Of a stretch of 64,000 nt of DNA, positions 12,932 to 25,249 are shown piece after piece. Source of the stretch: Zygnema circumcarinatum SAG 698-1b (lineage: Eukaryota; Plantae; Zygnematophyceae); NCBI GenBank assembly GCA_037447605.1, contig CM074805.1, positions 2,637,361 to 2,701,360 of the forward strand, read 5' to 3'. Below the pieces are notes generated by a model that was not told the DNA's origin, did not search any database, and was given only the letters and a program-made list of their open reading frames with translations. Each line of letters opens with the position of its first letter. Within the stretch, counting starts at the first letter, position 1. The position numbers and the translations under genes were made by a program.

Positions 12932-13407
12932 CTCCACTTATCTTGTGCTGGCTAATCGCGACGGGCCAAGAGAAAATAAGACGCGTAGTACGGGTTAAGC
13001 ATTTAATGGTAATGAGTCGTGATTTAATAGTACTCGGCCAACACAAAGTTACCTACGTGCTGGGTGGTTTCCGCGAAAACGGGCCAATTTCGGGGACGAC
13101 TTTTAGTTGCAGGAAAATATGACGGGTCTTACCGCATCAACACACATAAGCTGTAAGTCTCGCCATATGCCTTTCCACCGGTTTCTAAGAAATACCGGCT
13201 AAAAATATTGTTTTGGCAAATGAAGGTCCGCTATACCAATAGGCGAAATTTAACGATGTTAGTGTTTATGTCCGTCAGACGATCGTGATCGTGATCGTGC
13301 ATGTTGTCATATCGCATCAGACGGCCTACCAGAGGGTCATGCATGCTACGGATAGTACCGTGATCTGAACGATCAGATCGTGACGGGCCAAAAAGAAATG
13401 GAGAAGC
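12932..13407. repeat. Spacer Y1 between family A copies
   Basis: Starts CTCCACTTATCTTGTGCT, the inverted copy of the LTR end. Contains opposed GGAAAATATGACG and CATAT..TTTCCACC motifs. Homologous to 19865-20330. Confidence 0.75.
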
Positions 13408-14288
13408 TGTAGCACAAGAGATAAGGGGTTAAAGTAGACCGCCAGCCAGCTTAGCAGCCAGGATGCTACCGCCCGGCCAGGTTTAAACCGGATGAAGGGC
13501 CGGGCTGGTGCCGGGTCTCATGCGCATGAGCCGTGATCCGGGATTTAGAGGTATCGCCAGCCGAAGACGTAGTGGATCCCAAGATGTTCCCACCGCAAGG
13601 CCGGACTCGAGCAAGCAAAGAGCCTCTTCTCTTGGGGCTCTCCTCCCCGCCCTCCTACTAGTCTCTAAATGCAGGCTTCTAGTTATCATATTACGCTGAA
13701 AGAGGAATGAAAGTGATAACAGATATGGCTTCGGCATAAGGATGTTTGAAAGGAAAACAGACTCAACTTAGATAATGGTGGTATTTTTGAAACTCTCACC
13801 CTGTACCAAATGTTGGTCAGATAGTCATCACAATGAAAGTATCTTCACCTAAATCTTTGTCTAGCCGATCAATGGGACGCCTAAACAAGTATCACAGTTG
13901 TAAGACCTTTTTCTCTCTCTCTATCTACGCATGGAACTCTCTTCTCTCACACTTAGCATCCTGTTGTCACCAAGAGGAAGAAGAGAAGAACAAGACAACA
14001 AACCACACAAGAATTACAAATACTAAGCCCAAAGACTAAAAGACAACAAGCATCACCGCATATCCCATCTACTTAACATCGATAATAGATTTTGAGTTTT
14101 AGCAAAGGATGGGGCCCCCTCGATACAATCAGCCCATCGAGAGGCCCGACTACACTACTTTGGGCCTTTCGACAGTCCGCCACGCATAATCGGGCGTGCA
14201 TTTGGCGGCGTATCGGGATGGGGTGCCGCTCGCGGGCCGCCAACACATGGCGCCGTATCCGGGCTTGAAATTCCCGGATTATGCCGCC

Positions 14289-14388
14289 NNNNNNNNNNNN
14301 NNNNNNNNNNNNNNNNNNNNNNNNNNNNNNNNNNNNNNNNNNNNNNNNNNNNNNNNNNNNNNNNNNNNNNNNNNNNNNNNNNNNNNNN
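14289..14388. other. Assembly gap (100 N); other 10-N gaps at 16561, 32312, 33842, 35237, 36179
   Basis: N runs in the sequence. Confidence 1.
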
Positions 14389-15878
14389 CGTAGGGAGAGA
14401 AGCGGTGGAGGAGTGAGCAGAGGTGTTATGCGTGAACCGGGGAGGGATGACCTGGCGCCCGATCCGCCTCGACTCAGCGCGGCAGCGAGCATACGCATCG
14501 CTTGACGTCTGTATGAGTACGTTACGCAGCCCGATACGCCCGCGGGAGTAGGGGCTAAAGGTGTTGATGGATGTCTGGAAGTCACGCATGAGCTTGGCAA
14601 ACGCCCCCTTGTATTCGGTGCCATTGTCAGAGTGGACAGAGTAGGGGAGAGAGTGACGGTGAATGATGGCCGTCAGGAGGCGGGCAGAGTGGACTGAATG
14701 CTTAGATTCTGTCGCGTGAACTTCCACCACTTGGTGTATCTGTCCACGGCTAAGAAGACCCGAATGTAGCCAGAGGGGGTGCCGAGCAGGGGGATAGAAA
14801 AGGTGTCGATGTTCCAATCTTACTGCCGGTGACGCCGGCGTGTGGGATCTCCACCCATCTCGAGGGCTTGGCCCGGTGGGGAGGCGAGGCGCTTGCAGCG
14901 TTAGCGTGAGATGCCGGGTTTTGATGTAGCGGCTCACGCGCCATGGGCCAGGAGCCAATGGCCAGCTCTGCGGCAGGCGACCATCTTCTATACGGCCAAG
15001 AGTGGAATCCGCCCGGTGCAGAATAGATGATAAGCGTCGAATTTCCATCATTTCGTTGGGGAAAGGAAACGAGGAAGGCGGAGGAGGTAAGAATCTGTCG
15101 CCATCATCAGCGAAGTTCAGCGAACAGCGAACTCGGTATCCGTGATAAAAGAGGCGGCGTCACGAGTCGCGGCGTAAGCCTTGAAGAAGAGTCGAGAATG
15201 GACGTCATTGGCGCTGGGGAAATGGGGAGGAAGAAAGGGAGCTTCGCCATCGTCATCCATGAGGAGTTCCCACGGATCCGCATGGGGGTGGCCGTGGGTG
15301 AAGTCAGGGTCCTGCCAGCGATGGAGGGTGGTGGCCGTGGCCGGAATATCGATCAGCCCATCCGCGAATATGACATCATGCAGGTCTTGATCGGCAATAA
15401 AAATCTCAATGGGAAGATGCTTAGGTTCAAGAGGGTGGGTGGAGGATGGGTTCGAGGAGCGGCGGGATCGTGGCGAGGAGGGAGCGGCCGGATTGCGGCC
15501 CCGGGCCGTCGGCATTGCCGTGTCACGGCGGGATGGTGTGACCTTGAGTACAGTATACTCCTCAAACTTCACCATCACCCATCGTCTGGAAACTTAGGTG
15601 GGAGGGTAGCCATAATGTCAGAGCTAAGTGAGGGGAGCATGTGGGTCAGTCCAGAATGACAATGGTACAGTAGGCTGTAAGAGCTTGAACTTCTCAAATT
15701 CTTGAGAGGATGGCGGCCTCACCCTCAGTAGAACATGCCCAGTCTCGGTTTTAGGAACAAAGAAACCCTGCTACTAGCATAGCGGCCAGATTGTTCCCCA
15801 TCCAGAGAATGCTTGGCCCCTTTGCCCAAAAGCCCGTCGACTCCAGTCGGCGTGTCAGTAATGGTGGGCGGGGTGGGG

Positions 15879-16529
15879 TCAGGTGTCACAGTGAGCACGA
15901 AGGAGGGCACTCTTGAGCGCCTGGAAGGCCAAATCCTGCGCTCGGCTCCATTCGTAGTGGACTCCGTGCTTCTCCAAGGCATGTAGGGGACGCGCGATAA
16001 GGGCATAGCCCTTGATGAACCGGCGATAGAATGAGGTGAGTCCCAAGAAAGACTTGAGCTGAGTGAGGTTCTGTGGAATCGGCATAAGGTCAATCGCTTC
16101 AATCTTGTCGAGTGATGGTTTCAGGCCATTGATGCCGAGGCGGTGCCCGAGATGAGTGATCTCCTGATGGCCCCATTTGCACTTCTTGGGTGCAATCTTC
16201 AAACGCGCACTGATGAGCTGTTGAAGTACTTGGTCAATGTGTTGCAGGTGGGAGGACCAATCCTTGCTGTGGAGGGAAGCATCATCCACGTAAGGTTCGC
16301 AGAAGGCACGACAGGGGCCGAACACCTGGTTGGCCAGGCGCTGGTGAGTCTGGCTGGAATTCTTGAGCCCAAAGGGAAGCACTGTCCACTGCACGAAGCG
16401 CGTGGCTGTGCGAAGCCCTGTCTTGCAGCGATCGGCCTGTCGCAGGGGGATCTGCCAGAAGGACTTCTGCATGTCCAGTGCCGAGAACCATCGGTCCTCA
16501 GGGGAGACGCCGTGGAGAATCAGGTCCAC
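15879..16529 (-). CDS. Gypsy reverse transcriptase fragment (family A, copy A2)
   Basis: LDMQKSFWQIPL...VLPFGLKNS...YVDDASLHS...KKCKWGHQEITHLGH...LKSFLGLTSFYRRFI. Confidence 0.9.
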   Translation of the reverse strand: MDLILHGVSPEDRWFSALDMQKSFWQIPLRQADRCKTGLRTATRFVQWTVLPFGLKNSSQTHQRLANQVFGPCRAFCEPYVDDASLHSKDWSSHLQHIDQVLQQLISARLKIAPKKCKWGHQEITHLGHRLGINGLKPSLDKIEAIDLMPIPQNLTQLKSFLGLTSFYRRFIKGYALIARPLHALEKHGVHYEWSRAQDLAFQALKSALLRAHCDT

Positions 16530-19500
16530 ATCCGGTAACGTATAAGGATCCCACTTCGTTNNNNNNNNNNTGTCGCTGGTGCTGTCGGCTCTGGCTGTGC
16601 CGTTGTCGGCTCCTCCTCATTGAGATCATCTGTTTCCTCCTCAGGCATGGATCCCAAGGGATGACCCGTGGAAGGAGGGAGGACTGAAGTTCTCCGGACA
16701 GGGGGGGCGACCGGTGGAGCCGTGCCAGAGGAGCTGGCGCCGTTGACATTGGCAGGGAGGAAGGGCAGGGGATGAGCATGAGGATAAACACACAGTTGAC
16801 GAGAACTGCGCCAAAGCGGTTGCAATCGGCGATCAGCGAGCCTGCTAACCGGAGGTGTTCGTTGATTCGGACCAAGCGGGTGTAATGCAGCGGCAATCGT
16901 ACAGTCTTGGCGCGAACGCCCGGTCGGGCTCGGCCCCAATGCGTTTGTCAAGGAAGGGGAGTCCATGCGATGCAGATGGATAGGTGGTCGTTGCAGGATG
17001 GTATAAGCGGGTGAAGGAGGTGGAGGCGGGCGAAAGGGAGCCGGAGTTCTCGGTGGTGTGGGAGTAGCCGGGAGCATGTCCATGAAGGTGATCTCTGCAG
17101 GTGAGCTCCCTGCAGCTGCCTCTTTCCCCTTTCGGGCCTTCTCACTTGAGAGTCTCCGCATGCACACACGGGCATCATGTCCCGTGATCACGGCGAAGGT
17201 CGCAGGTCCATGAGTCCTGTGGCGGCCGCGGATTATGATTGAGGGCCTTGTGAGCAAGACAAATGCCCTACGGAACCCACATGCCTACGTCATCAGGCGG
17301 CGCCGAATCGGCCTGGCGGCCTCTCTCTCTTCCCCGGTGTTCGTCGGAGTAAGGACGATATCTGAACGAAGCCTTCGGGTGTCTTGAGATTACCCGGCTC
17401 AATGGGATCTTAGCGGGATCATGAGGGTATGGGGAAAGGGGAAGGAGCTTGAGTAGCTATAGCGGAGGGCTGCACCACAATTTGCAGGACGTCTGGCGGG
17501 GATCTCTTGCCCAGGAGAAAAGGCGGCTTGTTCACTGAAGATGTAGCGTGGGGATCATACAACTCTTGATTTTGTGTCTTGAGGGGAGCTGGCGGTAGAG
17601 TCGTCTTGTCGTGGATCTGTAGCATTCATGTAACGTAATTAGTACATGTCAGTTGCCTCTCTCTTGATCGCCACGAATTAAACCGCCTACTTGATACGGG
17701 CATCTGGCGGTGGAGTTGTCAGCCTTGGCTCGGCTCAGTGGAGATCGCTACGTGGCCTTAGCGAACCAGCGAAACCCGGAAAGTGGGGGCAAGTTCACCG
17801 TCGTATTTGCCATCGCGCCGCGAAACGCTGATGGAGTCCGAGCGGCCAGCTCATCCCTTTATGCTTGACTCTATGTGGAGAAGTCGGTCCTATACGGTGA
17901 TTGGATCTGAAATCGGCGTTGTCACGGCTTCGGCTTGAATGTGTCCACTGTCGAGTGCGGCGACATCGCTTTGTGCGATTTCGGGGCGGCTTCGGTTGCG
18001 CACTCTCCTTCCGGCGCTCGAAGGGCGAGCGATCCAGCGGTCTTCCTTCCAAATTACGCTGCGGCCTTCTCCTCCAAAGATGTCGGCCAGGCTTACGCAT
18101 CTTCACCTTGCCGGTAGATCCTGCAGTGATGATACGGTAGTATCTCTCACCTCCTCTTTTCGAGGAATCGCCAGCTGTCGGTTTTGTCATCATCTCTTCC
18201 ATCTTCTTTGAAACTCCAGATACGTCGTATTACTTCTCGCGAGTTGTGGTGCGAAGCCCAGAGGTCGCTGGGTGTCTGCCCTTGCCCCTGGCTTACTTCG
18301 CCACAGGGCTGCGGATGAGTAAGTTGTGAACAGGAGGTGAGGGGATCTTCACGAGAATCCCTTGCTCTGGCTGTAGGGCTAGCGTGCGGCTAGCATTAGC
18401 GAAGGACTCACAGTGCGATGGATTATCCGACATTGTTCCGTGGGTTACGTCTGCAGTGGGCGGTGGGGACACACCGAGGTTTGAAACGGCACTCCTCTCT
18501 TCACGGCATGTCTAGCGGCCGTGGCGGCAACTGAAGCGAGCAAGCTTGATCGCCGGCGTGCATATTGCAGCGTGAGGATTTATGGCCATCGCGCCTGATG
18601 GAGTCGTGCGGCCTCTTCAATCGACTCCGTCACGCTCAGGTAAGCGAGGCGGGTTTAAGGTTCTCTTCGGTGATGCCCATCTTGATCTCTCATTTTCTTC
18701 CTGCGATGCAGATCCGTCCTTGGATTTCAGGTCGCTTTGTTCTAACAACGAGGTCCGCGTCTTCATGCGAATACTCGCGAAGATAAGCATCCCTCTTGTT
18801 GCGGCTCTTTATCCATGGCCGGTACATGACACGGGTCACAGGATACGGCGGCCTCAAGTATCCAGATGCGTGGATCTGCCAAAACAACCGAATTACGACT
18901 TAAGATAAGTGGGGTTAAAGGAAATTCTTGAAACTGAATTCGAGTCTTTGTACACGGCCACTCAGCGCGTCGTCTTTAGCGATGAAGGTTGGGTTGATGC
19001 TTTGTGGATGCACACTGCAGCATAAAAGCGAATCAGAGATTGATGCCTTGTGAAAGCGTAAGGATCACGAATATTTCCCACGTTGGACTCGATCTTGAGA
19101 GCCCTTCAGCAGGGGCTCTCACTATCCTCTCCTCGGCTAGTCTCTTAGCTAGGCTTCTAGTTATCATTGGTGTTGGGAGATGTAGGCGGGGATAGAACAA
19201 GATGGTAGCTTAGCAGCATAGTGGCCGGCAAAAGGTAAAACCAGACTCAGCAGGCTCAAGGGTTGTATTTTGAAGATGCCTCACTGACGGCCGGTTGGGC
19301 AGGGATAGTCATACAATGAAAAGGATCTTCTCACTTTGAAATCTTTGTCTAAATTTAGGCTGAATGGGGCGTCTAAATGCATAAACAAGAAGACTCTTTC
19401 TCTCTCTCTCTCTCCCCATCTATGGCAGGACTCTCTCTCTCTCTCACTTAGCATACATTCTTTGTAGGCGAAGAAGAACAAGACAACAAACCACACAGCA

Positions 19501-19864
19501 AATACAAATACTAAGCCCGGCACTAAAAAGACAAACTAGCATCAGCGACATCCCATCTACTTAGCTTGTGACAATAGATCTTAGTGTAGCGGTGATAGTC
19601 CACTGATTGGCCAAGCCTTGAGTGGCACGGTGGCTGCGTGGAGGCAACGGATAAGGTCAGCTGATGACAATCGGCGGCATTTGCGGCGCTGGGGAGTGCG
19701 CCTAGCTGGATGGTGTCTTTGTGTTGTAGACGCCAGCATGGCGCCGCCTTCGCATTTTCCGTCAGCAACTCTGGATTATGCCCGATTAGTGACAGCGAAT
19801 ATGAATATATGAAGTCTGGCCCCGAGCGGGCCGGATAAAAGTCGGCGCCGCTCGTTCGCATACA

Positions 19865-20330
19865 CTCCACTTATCGCATTGCTACACACGTGGCAGCTGA
19901 AATACAGCTGAAATGCGGAATGAAATGCGGTTGAAATACGAATAGTGCAGTGCGGCCGAATAATCAGCTAACACAAGATTACCCGTACAAAAAGTGGTTC
20001 GGCAAAATGGGGGCGAATTTCTTGGGGACGCGCACACGAAGGTAGAAAATATGGCCGGTCTTCGCATGCGAACACACATACGGGGGTTACCGTCATATTT
20101 TCCACCTAATTTCGGCTTAAATACGAGGCGAAAATATTGTTTTTGGCAAATAGAAGGTCCAGTGTTACCAATAGGCGTGAATGATAGTGTTTATGTCTGT
20201 TAAAATGCGTATAAATATCGTATGCGTATGTTGTCATATCATTACCGTATCGACTCTTAGAGGTCATCTGGCGTCACGGATAGTACCGTGCTCGGAGCGT
20301 GTCATTATCGTGTCAGGCCGAAAGTGGGCG
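19865..20330. repeat. Spacer Y2 between family A copies
   Basis: Starts CTCCACTTATCGCATTGCTACA. Contains TACGGGGGTTACCGTCATATTTTCCACCT (20079-20107) opposed to GGTAGAAAATATGGCCGG (20041-20058). Ends directly before TGTAGCACAAGATAAGTGGGG. Confidence 0.75.
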
Positions 20331-21657
20331 TGTAGCACAAGATAAGTGGGGTTAAAGGAGGCTGGCGGAGCTAGTTGGCAGGTCTTTGTCGCGGCCACTC
20401 CTTGGCGTCAAAGATCTTTGGCTTGATGAAGGGTTGGGCTGGTCTTTGTGGAGTGCGCATGCGGCATAGAGCGAGATCGGGGGATTTAAGTGCGTATTGA
20501 GGCGTAAGGGATCTGAAGATGTTCCCCACCGTGAGGTGAATTTCGTCTTGAAAGAGCCCTTTCAGCAGGGGCTCTCCTCCTGTCCTCTCCTAATTTAGTC
20601 TCTTGGTAGGCTTCTAGTTATCATTGGTCATTTAGCAGAGAGAGGGAATGTAGGCGGGGATAGAGCGAGGATAGTGGCTTGGCATAGTGACAGCAAAGGG
20701 AAAACAGGACTCAACTTAGATAATGGTGGTATTTTGGAAACTCACCCCAGCCAGCGGTTGGCTGGGGATAGTCATCACAATGAAAGTATCTTCTCCCTTT
20801 GAAATCTTTGTCTAGGCTGAATTTGAATGGGACGTCTAAATGCTATCGGCAAGAAGACTCTTTCTCTCTCTCTCTCTCTATCTATGGCATGGAACTCTCT
20901 CTCTCTCTCACACTTAGCATACATTTCTTTGGCCTTGAAGGAAGAAGAGAAGAACAAGACAACAAACCACCACGGCAATTACAAATACTAAGCCCAGCAC
21001 TAAAAAGACAAACAAGCATCTTGACATCCCATCTATAACGACAATAGATCTTGAGCCTTAGCGGTGGCAGGTCCTGATTGTGGCCTTGCTTGAAGGCGAC
21101 TAACTGCTTGAGACGCCGATAGGTCGGCTAGCGGCAATCAGCGGCATTTAGGCGACACTTCAGTCGCCCTATAGGCCCCGGATGGTGTCTTTATTCCGTG
21201 GAGCGCCAACACATGGCGCCGCCCAACTACCAGCGGTATCCGTCGGCAACTCTGGATTATGCGGTCCGTGACGAATATGAATATGTCGATGCGGTGAGCG
21301 AGCGGATCCGTCCAGTGCCGGCTCCGTTGCGCTATCGTAGCACATCTTGGGGAGAAAAGCGGCGCCGCCCTAGCGGGCATAATGAAGAAGAAGACAAAGA
21401 GGCGGGGAGGAGCCAATGATGAGGGCGGGGAGGCGGAGAGTCGGTGGCAGGTGTTGAGAAGCTTCGTACATTGGCAATGGGAGTATCGGCAAGGCCCAGG
21501 AGGTGGAGGAGGAGTAAGACAAATTCAAAACGAAAGTTCGGCCGGCAGGCGCAATGTTGTTAGCGGCGGCAAAAGTGGCGGGGAATTAGAAATGGACCAA
21601 TGAGGAGTCGTCATGGCAGGGGGGGTACGAGGAGACCGCGCTGTCGGTCGCAAACGC

Positions 21658-21890
21658 TCAGCCATCGCGGGGGGGAGGAACTGCTGACGTGGCGGCCCGA
21701 ATGTCAATCCAGTGTGAACGCCAGCGCCGGGCGTTTCCACTAGCGTCGGGGCCTTTCGAAATGATGGCACAACCTGGGATCTCCGACGGACCGACACAAA
21801 TGAAGGGTCCCAACCACGGAAAAGCCCGTTGAGTCGGTTTGGCAAGATTCCTGAGCCAAATGAGCTGCCGTGGCGCTACCTGATTGGGCG
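21658..21890 (-). pseudogene. Family A integrase C-terminus (GPY/F-like), separated from the core by insertion B
   Basis: RQLIWLRNLAKPTQRAFPWLGPFICVG continues the frame from ...RRRRAAL at about 35580. No chromodomain is evident before the stop. Confidence 0.7.
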
Positions 21891-22585
21891 TGTAGCGAAA
21901 CGCTACAGTCACCTACGGGAGATGTACTTAGGGCGCTTTCCGTCTTGGTACTCTCGTCCGGGCGCCGGCCGAGTGGTTAAGGCGCCGGGCACCATCTGGG
22001 ACCCGGAAGGTCCTGGGATCGAACCTTGCAAATATTGCAAGGGTTCGATATGGCGCGATATACATAGATATATCGATATAAGCCAAATTGTGGTCGAGGA
22101 TCGAATCGACCACATCTTCCCTTACCCCGTTTTTGATGCGTATTAGCCATCGTCCAAAATGCCTTGCGGGTTCTGGTTAGTGCAGACGGTACATCGTCGA
22201 ACCAGCGCCCTTGTGGCATAGGATCGGCCAGATGCACCGGCGTCTGGTGGTGGCGCGGCGTCAGCGGCAGCGCCCTTGAGAATATCTTGATATTAAGCGT
22301 TCGTACGTTGTACACCTCTGACCCATTCGGGTCAGAGAGGGACACGTGGCAGTCTGCCATTGGACAGCCCTGCTTCCAATCCTCCATGCTGGTAGGAGGT
22401 TCGACGGGGGAAGCGTAAAGGGGCGTGGGTGACTGTCGTCACCCAACCAACGTACCGGCATTCGGTTGCACCCCTGCCGGGGCTGCGCCACCCACTCTGA
22501 CTCTCTCTCTCTTGCTCTCTCTCTACCAACTCCCAGCGCCGTGTGTGATTCCGCTGCAGTCAAGAGGCGGTTTTCTACCGCTACA
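21891..22585 (+). repeat. Element B 5' LTR (695 bp)
   Basis: Its 3' ~290 bp (from about 22295) are nearly identical to 35281-35574. Starts with the hairpin TGTAGCG-AAA-CGCTACA. Confidence 0.85.
21960..22030 (+). ncRNA. tRNA-like module (Pol III A-box and B-box) inside LTR B
   Basis: A-box/D-arm GGCCGAGTGGTTAAGGCG; anticodon-like stem CCGGG-(12 nt)-CCCGG; variable AAGGT; T-arm with B-box GGATCGAACC. The acceptor stem is not restored, so this is not a functional tRNA. Confidence 0.6.
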
Positions 22586-22875
22586 TTTGCATCGAGTCGC
22601 TGCCGCGGCCTTCGGTAAAGAGAACCCGCGTCATACACCCCACCGGGCCGGAGGGGGACCCCGCCCTCGGCCGCCATCACCTCACCACCCGTCCCCCTGA
22701 CGCAGGTGATGGAGGAGAACTCTGGAGATCTGCCACCCCCATGGGAGGGGCCCCCGTCTCAGCCTACTGACATGGTCAATCGGATCGCCGCCTCTTCCTC
22801 AGGTTAATGCGGAGTCGGTAATTCGCGTATCCGCCGATCCTGACGGCGCCCACATCACGCGGGCTGGCCCTAAAG

Positions 22876-24141
22876 ATGGTGAAGAAGAGGATCGACGAAC
22901 TGGGAGCGGATGTAAGGCAGCAGCGCGTCGCCACCATGGCCTGTACGAGGCAGGTGGACGACATGGAGCTCACGGTCCGCCGCTTGGTGGACACGCTCCA
23001 AATGGAGTTCCGGGGCCTTTCGGACAGGCTCCGGAGGATCGAGGAAGGTATGCCCCGAACCCCCCCTCAGGCTGTAGAGGCAGTAGATGCAGCAGGTCCT
23101 GGGGACGGGGTTAGGCTTACCACTCCGGTAGCGTCGTCTGTCCCGACGCCCCAACCGGCTGCCGGAAGCAGCCGGCAGAAGTCCGCACCCCCTGGTTTTT
23201 CCACGGGGGGGAGTCACCCCCACGGGGGTGGCGAACCACCCAGCAGTGGGGGACCCCCGTCGGGGGCAGCTGCTGGGGGCGGAGGAGATCCCAGCCCCTG
23301 ACTGCCCAAGAACTCATCGAGGATGCCCGACTAATCGGGCTGGGTGGCCCCAAGGCTTCCTTCGGGGCGAACATCCTACTACCTGACCGCCGATTGAGCA
23401 GTTGGTTAACAAAACGGCGGTTACCTTCGGCGACCAACTGTCCCTCCAGCCAAGCTACATCAAGACTCGTGAGGAGCCGCATAACGCGGTGTATGAGGGC
23501 CCTCTCGATGAGATTTCAGACGACGATAGTTCCAGATGAACTTATCAAACACTTTGTCTCGGATCCCGGCTTGGAGGCCCTCGATAAATTTCAGAACATG
23601 GTCCAAAACCGGCAGCGGTCAAGCAGCTTCATGAGACTACGTCATGGTGCCTCAATCACCACTACAAGCCCGACAGGTCGAAGTTCTTTTTCCACTTCGT
23701 GAATGGCTTAGCCACACCTCGAGGAAGCAGCTTGAAGAACTAACCTAATGACTCAAAACCGTGGGACCCTCACACTGAAATCAGATTACGTACCTATTCG
23801 CTGACACCGCCTCTTAGCGATGTAAAGTTCTTTCCCGACCCCGCCAGAGGTCGGGCGACGGGACAGGGTCGTGGAAGGCGGGACCCTCAGCTCCTGCCAA
23901 GATGGCAGGAAAGAACAAGCGGAAGCAGCCGGAAGAGACTGCCCGCCCAGCCACTGCAAGGCCGCAGAAGTTGACTCCAGAGGAAATGGAGAAGATGCAG
24001 CGGGAGAACAAGTGTTTCCGTTGCCGCAAGGAGGGGCATAAGGCCCGGGATTGCCCTCTCAACACCAAGGACAAGAAGGGCAAGGCCGGAAAGTTCCCCA
24101 ACCCACCAGCCAGCCTAGTGGTCGCTGGCCGGTGGACATAA
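22876..24141 (+). pseudogene. Element B gag (frameshifted) with CCHC zinc knuckle
   Basis: ORF pieces 22876-23301, 23394-23702 and 23902-24141 (ENKCFRCRKEGHKARDCP). Confidence 0.8.
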
Positions 24142-24389
24142 GCAGTTGGGAGTGGAATGGGGCCGCCATCATGATAGAAGACTGTTGTTTCTCGGAACCT
24201 GACATTCTTAACTTCATGTGGGGCGGTGCCTCGGGGAGTTGCAAGATCTCTTTGTGTTCGATGTACCCCTTCTTCCATTTCTTCCCCGCCAATCGGGTAG
24301 CGACTCTTCGCCGGCGGATGTGGTGACGATGGTCACGGAACAAAGTTTATCCTCACGTCAGCGGGTAATGATGTCTTGGTGACTGTGCC

Positions 24390-25067
24390 ATGAACGCTTA
24401 CGACGCTACGCTGACACATCCCATATCCTCAGTCGATGCGGCCGGGTTCCTCACGACTTGCGCAAGCTCAAGACTTTTCCCAACGCCAACCGCTAAGCAG
24501 GAAACACGGAGAAAGTGCACAAGTTGGTGGAAGCATCCACCGGGCCGCCGGGTTGATCCCCCTACACTCTGGCGCGAGGATCGGCCGCCCTCACCCGATA
24601 TAAGGCGATCTATGTTCCACCTTGCCCATCGCGCCATGACCTTCATCGGGTCAGCCAATGGCCACCCAGCAGTTGTACTGCTAGATACTGGGGCAGATGC
24701 TAACTTTGTTAGTTCTGCATTCACCCATGGATTTGGGTTGACCACAGATCCCCATTCAGAAAGTGTTACTTTCGGGGATGGACGAAACGGCCAGATCTCT
24801 GGCATCGTCACACTCAAGATCAAGCTCCAATCCTACTCCGGGGCAGTCAAGTGTCTTCTGACTCATCTGGCCCCTGGAACAGATGTTATTTTAGGGAGTG
24901 CTTGGTTAACCATGGTCAAGGCACAAATGGACTTTTCTGTCCCACATTGCATTCTGCACAGTGGTGACAGGCGGCTTACCCTGCACCCTGGCACCTCCAC
25001 ATCCTTTGCTATCGTTGTAACCCGATACTCCTTATCTCAAGGCCACCTATGCAATTGGCCAAAGTAG
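24390..25067 (+). CDS. Element B aspartic protease region
   Basis: VVLLDTGADANFVS...VTFGDG...DVILGSAWL. Confidence 0.85.
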   Translation: MNAYDATLTHPISSVDAAGFLTTCASSRLFPTPTAKQETRRKCTSWWKHPPGRRVDPPTLWREDRPPSPDIRRSMFHLAHRAMTFIGSANGHPAVVLLDTGADANFVSSAFTHGFGLTTDPHSESVTFGDGRNGQISGIVTLKIKLQSYSGAVKCLLTHLAPGTDVILGSAWLTMVKAQMDFSVPHCILHSGDRRLTLHPGTSTSFAIVVTRYSLSQGHLCNWPK

Positions 25068-25249
25068 CTATGAGTGGGATGCACCTTTGTTCATGGTGCA
25101 TGTCATGACGTACCCACCGAGGACGTTTCATGACGGTATCAGGAGTGGCAACATCACATCTATCGACGCGCTTCCATCGCTCCTCCCGCCCAACCAACCT
25201 CTCGTTGATGAATTCGTGGATGTCTTCCCCGATGATCTTCCAAGAGGTC

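Larger units (their letters stand above)
13408..19864 (-). mobile_element. Ty3/Gypsy family A, copy A2 (incomplete at N-gaps)
   Basis: LTR-c at 13408-14288 is cut by the 100-N gap; LTR-d spans 18903-19864. Integrase core VHSDNGTEYKGAF lies at about 14600-15050. The RT ORF spans 15879-16529. The protease region is absent across the gap at 16561-16570. Confidence 0.9.

Noticed and set aside
11943-14288. LTR-Y-LTR read as a TRIM
   Set aside because: There is a PPT-like motif but no PBS inside Y, and both LTRs belong to neighbouring full-length copies.
4429-19864. DIRS/Ngaro-type tyrosine-recombinase retrotransposon
   Set aside because: The complementary-end motif is suggestive, but the pol has a DDE integrase (D...SDNG...E) and a tRNA-type PBS, and no YR motif was found.
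20326-21890. GGGCG precedes both the A3 terminus and the B terminus (shared target preference?)
   Set aside because: A 5-mer in GC-rich DNA, not duplicated at the other end of A3; likely chance.
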